Shown: positions 48,443-61,200 of the stretch, piece after piece
Numbering within the stretch: position 1 is the first letter of the stretch
Layout of the letters: every line of letters begins with the position of its first letter
Assembly (NCBI GenBank): GCA_964016885.1
Contig: OZ024746.1
Location: 21,390,001-21,454,000, forward strand
From: Eledone cirrhosa
Taxonomy: Eukaryota
Direction: 5' to 3'
DNA: 64,000 nucleotides
Notes under the pieces: model-generated
What the model was told of the DNA's origin: nothing
The model's database searches: none
Seen by the model: only the letters and a program-made list of their open reading frames with translations
Made by a program: the position numbers and the translations under genes

Positions 48443-49715
48443 TGGTGGCTGCCAACTCGTTTTCGAGTACGGCCACTACTTTATATCCATGTAGGAGAAC
48501 GCCTACCGATGCGCTAAACAAGTGTGACTTTTTAGTCCAGCCAGTGACTTGAAAACTCTGGTACAAACACTACACTTGTGACAATTATTGACACATAGTG
48601 CTGGGCCCTTGGTACCATGTGATGACAAGTGCAGAGAGATCTCCAGATATAAAGCAATGCCTGTGCCGTGAAGCTTTTATAGTGAGCAAAGGCACTGCTC
48701 AAAGCCAGTCCCACTCTCTTAACCAAGATGATATTTACCAAAAAGAAGAACAAGTCAACATCATTGGATACCATCAGAGTTGCAGGTGTTATATCAGAGT
48801 TTTCCTTCTCCTAGAATTCTGCCTTGACAAAGGCTAAGGGGTCATCTCTCCCGGTGATTTTGGATGGCCATTGACTCTTAAGAGCTCCTTTGCCCTTTGA
48901 CAGGTTTTGTTTTTAGTCCTGCAGGATGTCCAAAGTCACCCTCCTCACCAAGAAACCTTGGTGGGGTTGCCAGTTTAGTCGCCAACGACCCGACCATGAG
49001 ACAGGTTGTACTGGGATACATGTTACCGGTAGCACCAACTGGTGACCTGACATACATACATACGTACGTACGTACGTACATACGTACATACATACATACA
49101 TACATACATGGTGGCTGCCAACTCGTTTTCGAGTACGGCCACTACTTTATATCCATGTAGGAGAACCCCTACCGATGCGCTGAACGAGTGTGACTTTTTA
49201 GTCCAGCCAGCGACTTGAAAACTCTGGTACAAACACTACACCTGTGACAATTATTGACACACAGTGCTGGGCCCATGGTACCATGTGATGACAAGTGCAG
49301 AGAGATCTCCAGATATAAAGCAATGCCTGTGCCGAGAAGCTTTTATAGTGAGCAAAGGCATTGCACAAAGCCAGTCCCACTCTCTTAACCAAGATGATAT
49401 TTACCAAAAAGAAGAACAAGTCAACATCATTGGATACCATCAGGGTTGCAGGTGTTATATCAGAGTTTTCCTTCTCCTAGAATTCTGCCTTGACAAAGGC
49501 TAAGGGGTCATCTCTCCCGGTGATTTTGGATGGCCATTGACTCTTAAGAGCTCCTTTGCCCTTTGACAGGTTTTGTTTTTAGTCCTGCAGGATGTCCAAA
49601 GTCACCCTCCTCACCAAGAAACCTTGGTGGGGTTGCCAGTTTAGTCGCCAACGACCCGACCATGAGACAGGTTGTACTGGGATACATGTTACCAGTAGCA
49701 CCAACTGGTGACCTG
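48443..49715 (-). mobile_element. Two head-to-tail ~607-bp non-autonomous RTE-derived elements (48443-49049, 49109-49715), separated and flanked by (CATA)n
   Basis: 666-bp period. Minus strand 49246-49169 encodes HRCSVCTRVFKSLAGLKSHTRSAHR*, an RTE-type C-terminal C2H2 finger, followed by a (TATG)n tail. The 5' part resembles an RTE 5'UTR and the segment at 53776-53870. Confidence 0.7.
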
Positions 49716-49780
49716 ACACATACATACATACATACATACATACATACATACATACATACATACATACATACATACATACA

Positions 49781-49811
<31 letters not shown>

Positions 49812-49959
49812 GTGTGATACTGGAATTATTCTATATTACCATAAAGGTTGAAATAGAAAAATGGGAAAATGTTTACGGACACAAACGTAAGCTCACTCCC
49901 TCACAAATAAATAAATAGCGGAAAGGTTTAATTTCCTGTACGATAATCAAATATATTAG

Positions 49960-50043
<84 letters not shown>

Positions 50044-50114
50044 CACCTACCTACCTGTTGAACAATGTCTCGCCGTATTTTCTCATTCTATCTTTATTAT
50101 TTCAACTATGGCTA

Positions 50115-50221
50115 TCCCGCCGAGGTTAACTTTGCCTTTCATCCTTACGGAGTCGATGAAATAAAGTACCAGTAATGCGCTGGGTAATTGCTGGCCTTGT
50201 GCCAAAAAGTAGAAACAATTA
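50115..50221 (+). mobile_element. SINE family A, 5'-truncated, with TSD
   Basis: TTATTTCAACTAT is duplicated on both sides. Confidence 0.85.
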
Positions 50222-50460
50222 TTTCAACTATAGCTGTATACGTGTTTATTGTTCTTTGCATATTATCTATTTACCTATCTATATATTTACCCATATGTCT
50301 ATACTGATATGGATGTACTCATATGTATGCATACATATCTATATGTATGTATATACGCATGTAGTGAAGGCGCGTGCTTTGTGGTTAGAGTACTCACAAT
50401 CGTAAGGTCGTTGTTTCCTTGAGCAAGACACTTTATTTCACGTTGCTCCAGTATACTCAC

Positions 50461-50568
50461 CTGTCTATATGCACAAAATGGAGCTACTATATCTTAATAT
50501 AATGACCGCTGTAGTGGCATACGGCATTTCTTGGGCATTTTAAGCCTGGCAGAGCCCACCCCTCCCCA
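50461..50568 (-). repeat. ~108-bp interspersed repeat; second copy at 56192-56480 is interrupted by a SINE-A
   Basis: Reverse complement matches 56192-56259 joined to 56443-56480. Confidence 0.85.
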
Positions 50569-50882
50569 AATGAGATATGCCTTTATTTTCAAAGAAGCAG
50601 CCTTATCACATTCTGTGTCACGCTGAATCTCCCTGAGAACTATGTTAATGGTATGCGTGTCTGCGGAATACTCAGCCACTTGCACATCAATTTCATGAGC
50701 AGGCTGCACCGTTGATCGTTTCAACTGGAACACGCGTCCTCGTAACCGACGGAGTGCGTCTGAGTGTCAGTCTTTACCCCAACACCGGTGCTGTGCCCCA
50801 ACATGTCCGTAGTCCAATAACTGAACTCAATAAAATTGTGTAAAAATAAAAGATTATATGTCTGTACATGTGAATGTGTGTG

Positions 50883-50912
<30 letters not shown>

Positions 50913-50917
<5 letters not shown>

Positions 50918-51622
50918 CGTTTCTGAATTTGTTTAGCAAGATTCTTTATCTGAAATCGTGTGTTGAAACCGATATTGTTATACTTTGGGAGGGTCATGTT
51001 GCCAATAAGAAACACACGCACCAGTTGCTTTCACTTCAATTTATTATATATTTATAAATTTATAAATTTACAAATCTACAAACTTATAAATTTCTGGTTG
51101 GTTGGTTGGTTCCACAACCAGATAGTTGTTTATATATAGTCATAGTCCTTTCGTCACACACTCTGTGACCTCTTCAGTGAGTGGAACAGCAACATCACAA
51201 CTTACAATTAAGGACAAAATGAAAACACACTCACACATAGAACAAACAACCAACCAACAACATGTAAATAAATAAACAAATAGATAAATGAACACAAACA
51301 CACACAGACACCCGGATGTGGCGCATGCGCAAACTGAGCAGACAACACACACACAAAAACAAAATGGCGTAGGACAGAAGAAAGGAAAGGCACAGAAACA
51401 AAGAAAGGAATCCCCAGTCACTGAAGAGGTCACAGAGTGTGTGACGAAAGGACTATGACTATATATAAACAACTATCTGGTTGTGGAACCAACCAACCAG
51501 AAATTTATAAGTTTGTAGATTTGTAAATTTATAAATTTATAAATATATAATAAATTGAAGTGAAAGCAACTGGTGCGTGTGTTTCTTATTGGCAACATGA
51601 CCCTCCCAAAGTATAACAATAT
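50913..51622. mobile_element. Hammerhead-bearing fold-back element: ~210-bp inverted repeats (50972-51180 / 51418-51622) around a ~237-bp spacer, (TA)n at both ends
   Basis: Arms are near-identical reverse complements, differing by one GGTT unit. Each arm carries the HHR core. Confidence 0.88.
51416..51460 (+). ncRNA. Minimal type-I hammerhead motif (mirror copy with truncated stem I at 51138-51180, minus strand)
   Basis: AGUCA-CUGAAGA-G-GUCAC-agagugu-GUGAC-GAAA-GGAC-UA-UGACU. Stem I is 5 bp, stem II 5 bp, stem III very short; triplet CUA. Confidence 0.65.
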
Positions 51623-51637
51623 ATATATATATATATA

Positions 51638-52381
51638 TAAATGGAAAAGAATGAAACGAAATTTCATTTCTCACTCTTAGTACGGCTGATACCTAAATAT
51701 AAGTATGTACACGTACATACATATATGTGTACAGAAGTACAGTAGTATGTATATATATATATATATATACATGCATGCACAGATATATATGTGCGTATGA
51801 GTTTACCGAACATTTATTATAATGCTCGGTTTGCTTGTAAACAAACAGCCCGAATTACGCCGTACAGTGCTCGGCAACCATCGTCGCCCTTTATATATAC
51901 ATACTACTGTACGTCTGTACACATATATGTATGTACGTGTACATACTTATATTTAGGTATCAGCCGTACTAAGAGCGAGAAATTAAATTTCGTTTCATTC
52001 TTTTCCATTTATCGTTTTCGGTTGCCCGGCCCATTAGCTCACTCGATATGCAGATTAGGCTGCTCAGCCGTTAATATGCATAAGGAAAGTACATACTTTC
52101 AAACGTTCAATAATCTGACAGAAGGCTATACGATGCTGACAATAGCTAATAAGTTTGAAACTAGTACATCGTTCCTGTGTCAGTATTGAACAAAAGGGCG
52201 ACGGTGGTTGCCGAGTACTGTACGGCGTAATTCGGGCTGTTTGCTTACAAGCAAACCGAGCATTATAATAAATGTTCGGTAAACCCATACGTACATATAT
52301 ATATATGTGTTCATGTATGTGTGTATATATATATACATACTACTGTACATCTGTACACATATATGTATGTACGTGCACATA

Positions 52382-52386
<5 letters not shown>
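51638..52386. mobile_element. Diverged relative of the 477-bp unit, as two oppositely oriented pieces (51638-51891, 51892-52386); degenerate HHR at 52130-52172 (+)
   Basis: Colinear blocks such as CGAAATTTCATTTCTCACTCTTAGTA and TGAAACTAGTACATCGTTCCTGTGTCAGT. The core reads CUGACAA. Confidence 0.9.
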
Positions 52387-52426
<40 letters not shown>

Positions 52427-53364
52427 GAATATGACTTAATGTTCTAACATTATTGCTAATTGAAGTTAATGCTATAAACATACATCATTTAATGCACCTT
52501 GCTTGAAACCTTGGCTGTAATTAAATGAAAGTGAATGTTTATTAAACATTAGTAAACCTTCTATGTGTAGGTGTTTGTATAAATATATTTGCATATATGT
52601 ATGTTTCTGTGTGAATATTAGTAACAACATAGATTATAATAAATGTTTATCTAAAACATGGATTGTATAATAAATATTGTATTGTTGTGGTTTCTGTAAC
52701 ATAGAGATAGTTGAAATGTTTTGGGATGGTTATACACAGATCAATTCTGAATTATATGCTATTACATTTTATGGGTCCAAATAAAAGCTCAGTCATTCCA
52801 ACTATACACTAGCTTATGTTAAATCTGATTTATGGTTGCCAGGTTATTTTGGCAGAAACAGAATTGGGAAATTCAAGATAAACAAGATTGGTACTGGTTG
52901 TTCTCTGATGATAGGAAAAATCCGAATAATTTTATTTATATGTGCATAACATGTCTATTACAATTTCTATCTTATTGGAGCAAGCAGCTATACGAATAAA
53001 ACCTGTAAATATATGAATAAAGAAACGTCTATATTTTTGTAAAATCTATTCTTCGTAGAGAAAGCAGCCTTAATAAATGTCTCATGCTATTATTGTATTC
53101 ATTTCCCTAAACAGATTTATATCCAAGAATCTTGACGTATTGATGTTCAGCATAATTTCTCAGAATTTGAGAAAGCAACTTATGTTTCCTCAATTCCTGA
53201 GAAAGTGTACAGATAATTGATGTAGAAACCAGAATGAAAATATGTTATGAAAGTAATATCACACTAAAACATACATATAGTCGCTCTACGAGACTCCTCA
53301 AGAGCATCTCGTGACACACGTAAACAACATCTAGCAAGTGTAGCCTCTTCCATCGGACCATATA

Positions 53365-53540
53365 CGAGGGTCGGCTGAAAAGTTCGTACGATGACCAAGA
53401 TACTCTCATGGATTGACCAAAGGAGGTTCAGTTTTCAATGCAGTTATTAATAAAAACAGCTGAATTTAATACATGCAAGATTTCACAGCGCTAGCATCAT
53501 TCCTTCATACTCAGCCTATGAACTTTTTAGTCCACCCTTA
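53365..53540 (-). mobile_element. Mariner-type MITE, third copy of the 16250 family
   Basis: TA-CGAGGGTCGGCTGAAAAGTTC end; internal sequence inverted relative to the other copies. Confidence 0.82.
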
Positions 53541-53749
53541 TATATATGTTTTAGCGCAATGGTTAAAGAATTCATCCGGCATGTGAGATGTACAGATTTC
53601 GATTCTTTTCCCGTATATAGAGGTTTTTTCACGATTTTCTAAGCTACCAATATTTATAGCAATCGACTGTCGGTACAGTTATTTTCTAGGATTGGGACGT
53701 CTAAATTTACTAACAATTATTTTAAACCTTCATGACGCCTTCGATATAT

Positions 53750-54360
53750 AAGTCAGGTCAGATCTCTGCCTACGACTGGTACCATGTAGCCCAGTGAAAC
53801 ATGTTTTATAGTCGAGTGGTCGGCGACTAAATCGGCTCCTCCACCAGACCCTGTTCGGGTGAGGAGGGTAATTGGAAACCCAGCAGCACAAAAATGAACT
53901 GAACAGATTCAACGGCAATCCACCCCAACTGTGGGTTAAATAACCTCACCAATATGCAATGCTTGGAGAGTACAGCTACACCCCCTGGTGAGGTTAAACT
54001 CCATGACAAAAACACATGCGATCATCGTAATTGTCCTATTATCTTGCCTTGGCTTATCACCGGACACATAGCTGCAGGGATGGAGTGAATGGTATGTGTG
54101 TAACACAAGTACGTAGCATTGCCATTTTTATGTGCAGCTATTTCTACACAACTTTCACAGCGATGAGGAGTAGCAACGTGTGCTGATTCGACCGGTTAAA
54201 TCTACAAGTGGGCGACTCGTCTTATCCTAACGTCGCTGCGCTGTTAATCTGAACAATACTGCTCACCCATACCACATGGGAAGGATCTAGAAAAGGTGAC
54301 CTCAACAAATCCTATTCAGTTATCAAACTTGCCAGCAGCCTGCAGTTTGGCGGTGGTTCA
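53750..54360 (+). mobile_element. Old RTE-5'UTR-like element related to 48443-49715
   Basis: Shares CATGTA.CCCAGT, GGCGACTAAA and GGTGAGGAGGGT in the same order. Confidence 0.5.
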
Positions 54361-56259
54361 TAATAGCAAGGAATCTGTAAAGAAGTGGCAGTTATCGTAT
54401 ATATAAGTGTATGTATGTTGTGTTTGAATGGTATGTGTTAGTTGAAATGATAGAAAAGTAATAATTTGATAATTTGATTATTGATAAAGAATACATTTTT
54501 TTTAAAGGATAATTTTATGATTTAAACATTTAAAAGCATCATATGATTACGTTTTTTTCGTCTGATAACATAAATGGCCACGGCCTCCTTTCATCTGTAA
54601 GGTTTGATAACGCAGTGATCAGACGAAACTATGAAATATAAGCTCATAAAATAGCAATGTAAAAGTTTGTCTTCTAACATCTATTTACAGTACTAAAATC
54701 AGAAAAATGCACATTCACATATTAAAATATATATTTTTATATTCTTAATCTATTTTTGTCTATTTTCTAAATGTCTGTAAGACATTAAAAGCATACGAAT
54801 CAATTCGTTATTTCATAAAATAGCAAAAAGTTTTGTACATAGACACAGTTATCTATAGACTATATTCTTCTTAGAAGTTCCTTGTATCCAAGGAGGATAT
54901 GTTCACGAAGAGAAACATGTGTATGGTTTGTTTAGAAAAGTGATAAAATATTACAGAATACTATCCGTATACTTTATTCATGAAATGAAGAGAAGAATTT
55001 ATATAAATAGCAAATAATGGTAAGTGAGTAAAGTTTGTATTCAGATACAGGAACACCTATTACTAATAGGTATTTCATATTAAAGCTGCAAAAGTAATAA
55101 ACCATTGCTATCGCTATAAAATTTCCTGCTTTTCTGATCATTATTGAAGTTTCTCGCAATAGTTAGAATCTTTACTGACTCTAACTAACGCTGGAATCTT
55201 TATGTAGATTGATCTTGTCATCGGGCTGATGATTAAGAATACTTAATGTATGTTGTTATGAATCCTTCTTTGTTCTATGAAGTATACGTGTCATCTGTGA
55301 CTTAATAGCAGATCACAGAAATCAATACATTGTTTGAAACTCTGAATAGCAGTTCAGCTGGAGCAGAGACAAGGAGCATTTGGATTTAATGCTCATAGTA
55401 GATCGCTTTTAAACACTTTCATTTTGTCCACTCTAAAAGAAAATTTAAGCACAAAACTTCTTTAAATGTATAAATGTATAATTGTATATATATATGTGTG
55501 TGTGTGTGTGTTTAGAAAGAAAAATAGGGAGAGCAGTAAAAAGAACAATAGGATAGTATGTGTTTACTATTAACATATCAACAGTTTTATTTCGTCACTT
55601 CTCTGTAACGATGATCAAAATATTTAGAACCTGCAGTCTCAGTTCACCTGATTGTAGATATGTATAATATAATTTTAATAGAAACAATCTACAATTTGTA
55701 AGAAATAATAATAAAAAAGGTGAAATAGAAGGAAAGAAAGAATAAGGAAATGTAGAAGAGAGAGAGAGAGAGAAAGAAGAAAAAGAACTTGAAGGGGAGG
55801 GGATGGCAAGAGCTCTGGTGTCGCAGAAGAGGGGGAGGGTTATTGGGCAAGAAAACAGAACTACTGTGCCCCGCTGACAAGATGGCAAAAGCAATACCCC
55901 GGACGATGGCCAGTGACACCCACCTCATTCTGAAATAAGGAGTTTACTGATTGCATTCTTATATAAATGTTAATACAAATTAAGGCGACGAGTTGGCAGA
56001 GTTGTTAGAACGTCAGATAGAATGTTTTGTGGTATTCGTTGTGACAGAGTTCAAGTCCCGCAGAGATCAAATTTGCCTTTCATCCTTCGTACCAGTCAAG
56101 TAGTTGCTTCAATCTTTCCTCTATATCTCTTTCGTACTTCCTCTCTTTCACTTTTTATCCTTCTCTGGATAAAATCTGCTGTGTTAAGACCTGGGGAGGG
56201 GTAGGCTCTGCCAGGCTTAAAATGCCCAAGAAATGCCGTATGCCACTACGGCGGTCATT

Positions 56260-56443
56260 GTGGATTGGCAGTATCGGTAGAGGGTCGGACGCCATGCTTT
56301 CCAGCATAGTTACGTCCCTTTACGATCTGAGTTCAAATCCCGCCGAGGTTGACTTTGCCTTTCATCCTTACAGGGTCGATAAAATAAAGTACCAGTAATG
56401 CACTGGGTAATTGCTGGCCTTGTGCCTAAAGTAGAAACAATTA
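56260..56443 (+). mobile_element. SINE family A, full length
   Basis: Box A, box B, core and 3' AAACAATT. Confidence 0.93.
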
Positions 56444-57259
56444 TATTAAAATATAGTAGCTCCATTTTGTGCATATAGACAATGAGTGCGACGTTTCTGT
56501 TGGTGTTTAACATCTGATAAACTAGCCCATCTTGTGTGGTTTTTGTTGTTGTTTACTTCTGAATTTCGTTTTATTGAACTTCGAAAGTATAGCGACTTAT
56601 TTACATTAAAATTGCTTCACGAAGGTGGAATAAAAAGTACATTCATAAAAGAAAAACATGTTTATCAGTGAGATCTGCTACTTTTCTTTAAATGAAAATC
56701 GTTCTTAGAATACAGTCAATAATTTTACTGTACATCATTATACGTAAATTATATTTACTTTAATGATAATGTCTGTATGATATCACCATCTATATTTCAT
56801 AACATAACGAAACGGCTATTTCTTTCACTCGGCTTACTACACGTCAAAACCCTATTATTATTAACAGAGTGAAATATCACGTATAATTTGAGAAAATGTA
56901 CATATATTTACTTATATGCTTTGCATAGAATATGTTCTATAAAATGAAAGTTAGGATATTCCTCTATAATTTGGTTGGTTTAAATTAGCTTATATCCACA
57001 ATTGTCAGCTTCTCCGTGGTATGTGTGGTGTATAGACGAGAGAAATATTCTATTCAGAATGTTAGTATTATTCATACTAAGTTATTTCACGTTAACGATC
57101 ATGATTAACAGCGACAAGTGATGGCTTCAATATTGCCATTAAACTTTCTAGAAATAGCAGTTGATTTTCCATCAAACCCCACTCTATCGTGTTAGAAAAT
57201 GAGGGATACATTGAATAAAGCAGCCCAAGATGTACTATGCTTGAATGATACAAAATACT

Positions 57260-57339
<80 letters not shown>

Positions 57340-57389
57340 TTATAGTATTTTTGTATAATACATGTGACATTTCATTATCAATTTCATAG

Positions 57390-57484
57390 TTTAACTTTGC
57401 CTTTCATCCTTACGGGGTCGATAAAATAAAGTACCAGTAATGTACTGGGTAATTGATGGCCTTGTGCCTAAAGTAGAAACAATT
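57390..57484 (+). mobile_element. SINE family A, 5'-truncated, with TSD
   Basis: ATTATCAATTTCATAGTTT is duplicated on both sides. Confidence 0.88.
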
Positions 57485-58883
57485 ATCAATTTCATAGTTT
57501 CCATTTAGTAGACTAGTTGAATGTGGTGTGTGTTCATATATATATATACATGTGTGTGGTACATCAGTAAGCAGGCAAACAGAGACGCGGTGACAACAAA
57601 CAAGGTATGGGGAACATAAAAGTGGCACAAACATTTAGAATTGACGGAGAACGGGACAAAACGAAAGCGTAAAAATATATCCGGTCATGAGTTATCGGCT
57701 TGGTGGTCATGTCAATGGTTTTCAGTAGTAAGGGTAGTAGCCGAATCCCCAACCCCATCACAGTGACAAAACAAGATCTGCCACTCCTGTAAACTATAAA
57801 ATAAGATGTAAGACAAGACGAAAAAACATACATGTGGGAGAGACAAGACACGGAAAATGCAGAGGAAACATAAGTTATTGTAAAATAATTACTTAATTCA
57901 TGTATATTAGAAAGATTAAAAAGACAGAAAACGACACAGGCTGAAACACAAGCATGGAAGAGACGTCAGAGATAAATCGCAAAAAATGTAGACAAAATAA
58001 AGGGAAAGGGTATAAGATTAGATAGTTATACAGTCCATATCATTGTTAGACTTAATAAAACAGAAAACGACAGAGAGGAAAGAAACTATTAGAAAAGGAA
58101 AAAAGGCATTTCGATCACAGAGTCGGGAGAAACAGTGACACGTGTATCCCAGACAAATGTTACTGCGAGAGAGTTCAAGAAGTGGTTAAACTACATTGTC
58201 CACATAATCCTATTACTTTAAATTACATTATATAAAGTATTCATTACTTTATCAAACGACGTTTTCATATTGCATGAGAGTAATTCCGCTGAAAAATTAC
58301 AAAACATGACCTAATTTCGCTTCTCAGTTGATATGGCTTTATCAATTTGCAAATTCTGTTTAGTAAATTAGTGAATGAGTAGTTCTTGTATTTTTCCAAC
58401 CTTATTAAATATATTGCTTCAATCTTCAGATATCTCAAATTCATAAGATAGGAATAAAAAGCAGATACACACTATAGCATATCGTTTCAAAATAATGATT
58501 GTCTGTTAATTAAAGTATTAATACAATGGTATTGATAGTGTTGTTGATGTAGGTGTTGTTTTGTAAAAACATTTCTCTAAACGAGGAGTTGTAGAAGGTG
58601 TTATAGAAAATTTACCGATGATGGAAGAGAAGAAGCAAGATAACGAGGAGGAAAAGGGGAACAAAGAGGATATAACAGGAAATGTGATGGTTGGGTGGGT
58701 GAAGAAAATAAAGAAAATAAAACAAAAAGAATGGTGAAGGCATAAGCGACGAATGAAAATGTAGATAAAGAAGAAATAATAGAAGAGAGAAGGAATACAA
58801 TAAAGGGGAGGAAGAGTAGATGTTAGATAATGAGGAAGGAAATTGAAGTAAGGCTGAAAACATTGAAAAGTTTTAGCAGTATC

Positions 58884-58962
58884 AGCACCACCACCACCAT
58901 TACTCCTACTACCACCACCACTATTACTACTACAACTACCACCACCACCACTACAACTACTT
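58884..58962. repeat. (ACC/ACT)n trinucleotide repeat following a purine-rich low-complexity tract
   Basis: Seen directly. Confidence 0.85.
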
Positions 58963-59803
58963 CTTTTCTCACTTAGAATTTTATTGTTGTTCTGTCGGCG
59001 TTGGATTGTTATATAGCGAATCTCATGTCACAGCTATATCTATTTAGCATCTTATTGATGGTTCTTGCTGTGTCAAGCAAAAGAAAAAAGCTTTCTGTAA
59101 AGTAAGGAAATTCACCACTATATACAACATTTTCAACTAACTATTTAAACGTATGGCTACTGTCCCCAAGGCTCCTATTAAAATTGGGATACTAACCAAT
59201 TTACAGCAATTCCAGATTCTCTGCAATTCGGGTTTTAAATCTTATTTCTCTATTTCCTCGCTTTCTTTTCCTACTGCTCACTTTTCGAACACCTTCCTTG
59301 CATCCTAAGGGTTTGCAATATTGTGGTTTGGTTTACTGTAATAGTTCTTTCCGAAATGTTCCACCCACCACCAATCTGTTCCAGCTGTGATTTCATTGTC
59401 TTCGTGTTTGTACCGAGAGTGTCCTCAACGACTGGCACAATTTTAACTTTTTTTGCATATTCAATACTCTTGCAAGTTTTCTAGTCAAAGTTCCGCACTT
59501 CCCCATATTTTCGTTTTATTCCGCACACACTCTATCGTCACCTGGAAAGTCTCTATATCTCATTGTGTGTTGTGCTTCTTTTTTTTAAGTCTGTATTTTG
59601 GTTTTTTTTTTTAAATATTATTATTATGTCATCACAGTGGCTGCTGAAATCCCACAACCACTTTATCTCCTTAGTTACTTCCACTGCATTAGGTGAATGT
59701 TCGTACTACCCATCAGCTTAGCTCAACTTTTATTTTCTACACTTTTTTTACGGAACAAGGCATGCAATTCCCTTTTGCCTCATCTTGTATTCTTTTTGAA
59801 CAT

Positions 59804-60011
59804 ATTGGCAGTATCGGTAGAGGGTCGGACATGCTTTCCAGCATAGTTACGTCCCTTTACGTTCTGAGTTCAAATCCTGCCGAGGTTAACTTTGCCTTTC
59901 ATCCTTACGGGGTCGATAAAATAAAGTACCAGTCAGGCACTGGGGTCGATTTAATCGACTTTCCCGTCCGCCAAAATTGCTGGCCTCGTGCCTATATAAG
60001 AAACCATTATT
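59804..60011 (+). mobile_element. SINE family A variant with an extra GGGGTCGATTTAATCGAC segment
   Basis: Same head and core; longer 3' part. Confidence 0.88.
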
Positions 60012-60012
60012 A

Positions 60013-60577
60013 CTAGCATAAAAACCACCCTTCGGGTGGTTTTCTGCTAGCATGTGCAGTGTGTATATTGATATTATACGCAGGTATATATACAAGTAGA
60101 TATGATACATCAAATAAAATCGTAATTGACAATATTAGATATTACCAATACATAGAAATTGAACGAAAACTTATGTAATCAGTATCGTAATCCATGATAC
60201 ATTAAAACAAGACATTATATATAAATTGCATTAGCAGAAAATTAGTGACGGAAAATAAGTATGTTTATTTAAGCGATCGCCACCGGAAGTGTTGACATTT
60301 CAGAAATTTTAAAGAAGTGAATCTTTAAATAAACAAAATATATTTAATGAACAGCCAAGAAATTTAGTAGATAAATTATGTAATATTCATTGACTTTGCC
60401 TTTCATCCTTACGGGGTCGATAAAATAAAGTACCAGTAATGCACTGGTTAATTGCTGGCCTTGTGCCTAAAGTAGAAACAATTATTTATTCAAAGTAATC
60501 CAACATATTTTGCAAACGGGATAAAAAACAAACAAACCGTACGCAATCCCGCAGACCTTCCTTTATTATAGTTTAGA
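60013..60577 (-). mobile_element. Non-autonomous Helitron (565 bp) with a nested truncated SINE-A (60390-60484)
   Basis: Minus strand A|TCTAAACTATAATAAA...hairpin (AAAACCACCC/GGGTGGTTTT)...CTAG|T; no TSD. Confidence 0.72.
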
Positions 60578-60593
60578 TTATCTCGTGAATTGG

Positions 60594-60783
60594 CGGTGGA
60601 TTGGCAGTATCAGTAGAGGGTCGGACGCCATGCTTTGACACATAGAGTTACGGCCCTTTCCATTCTGAGTTCAAATCCCGCCGAGGTTGACTTTGCCTTT
60701 CATCCTTACGGGGTCGATAAAATAACGTACCAGTAATGCACTGGTTAATTGCTGGCCTTGTGCCAAAGAAGAAACAATTATTA
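60594..60783 (+). mobile_element. SINE family A, full length
   Basis: Box A, box B and core. Confidence 0.9.
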
Positions 60784-61200
60784 TTATCACGTGATAAAGT
60801 TCTGCAATATTGCTGCAATGTACAACATCAAATAGATGATCATAGTATGTGACCACATATTGGTATTCAGTGTTATGCACTCGTTCCATCTCTTCTTCTC
60901 TGTGTTTTACTGAATCTAGAGTCACTACTGTAGAAGCGAGAGACATTACAGAGAAATTACTGATCATATATCATTTCCCCTCTCCCTCCACTAACTCATG
61001 TTCATACTAAATACATGTATTGACTAATTAAAGATTAAAATTAGTTTTAATCGCTATGCCATCATTGGCAGCATGCACAGTGTTGATATATAACTAACAG
61101 AATTCTATTTTACGTTATATTCTGCAATTAAAGTTATTACCATTCAACGCATTTTAAGATTGCCTTGGACTTCACGAGACTGCTTTTACAAAAGCTGAAA

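Noticed and set aside
60019-60043. Rho-independent terminator-like hairpin
   Set aside because: Eukaryotic context; better explained as a Helitron 3' hairpin.
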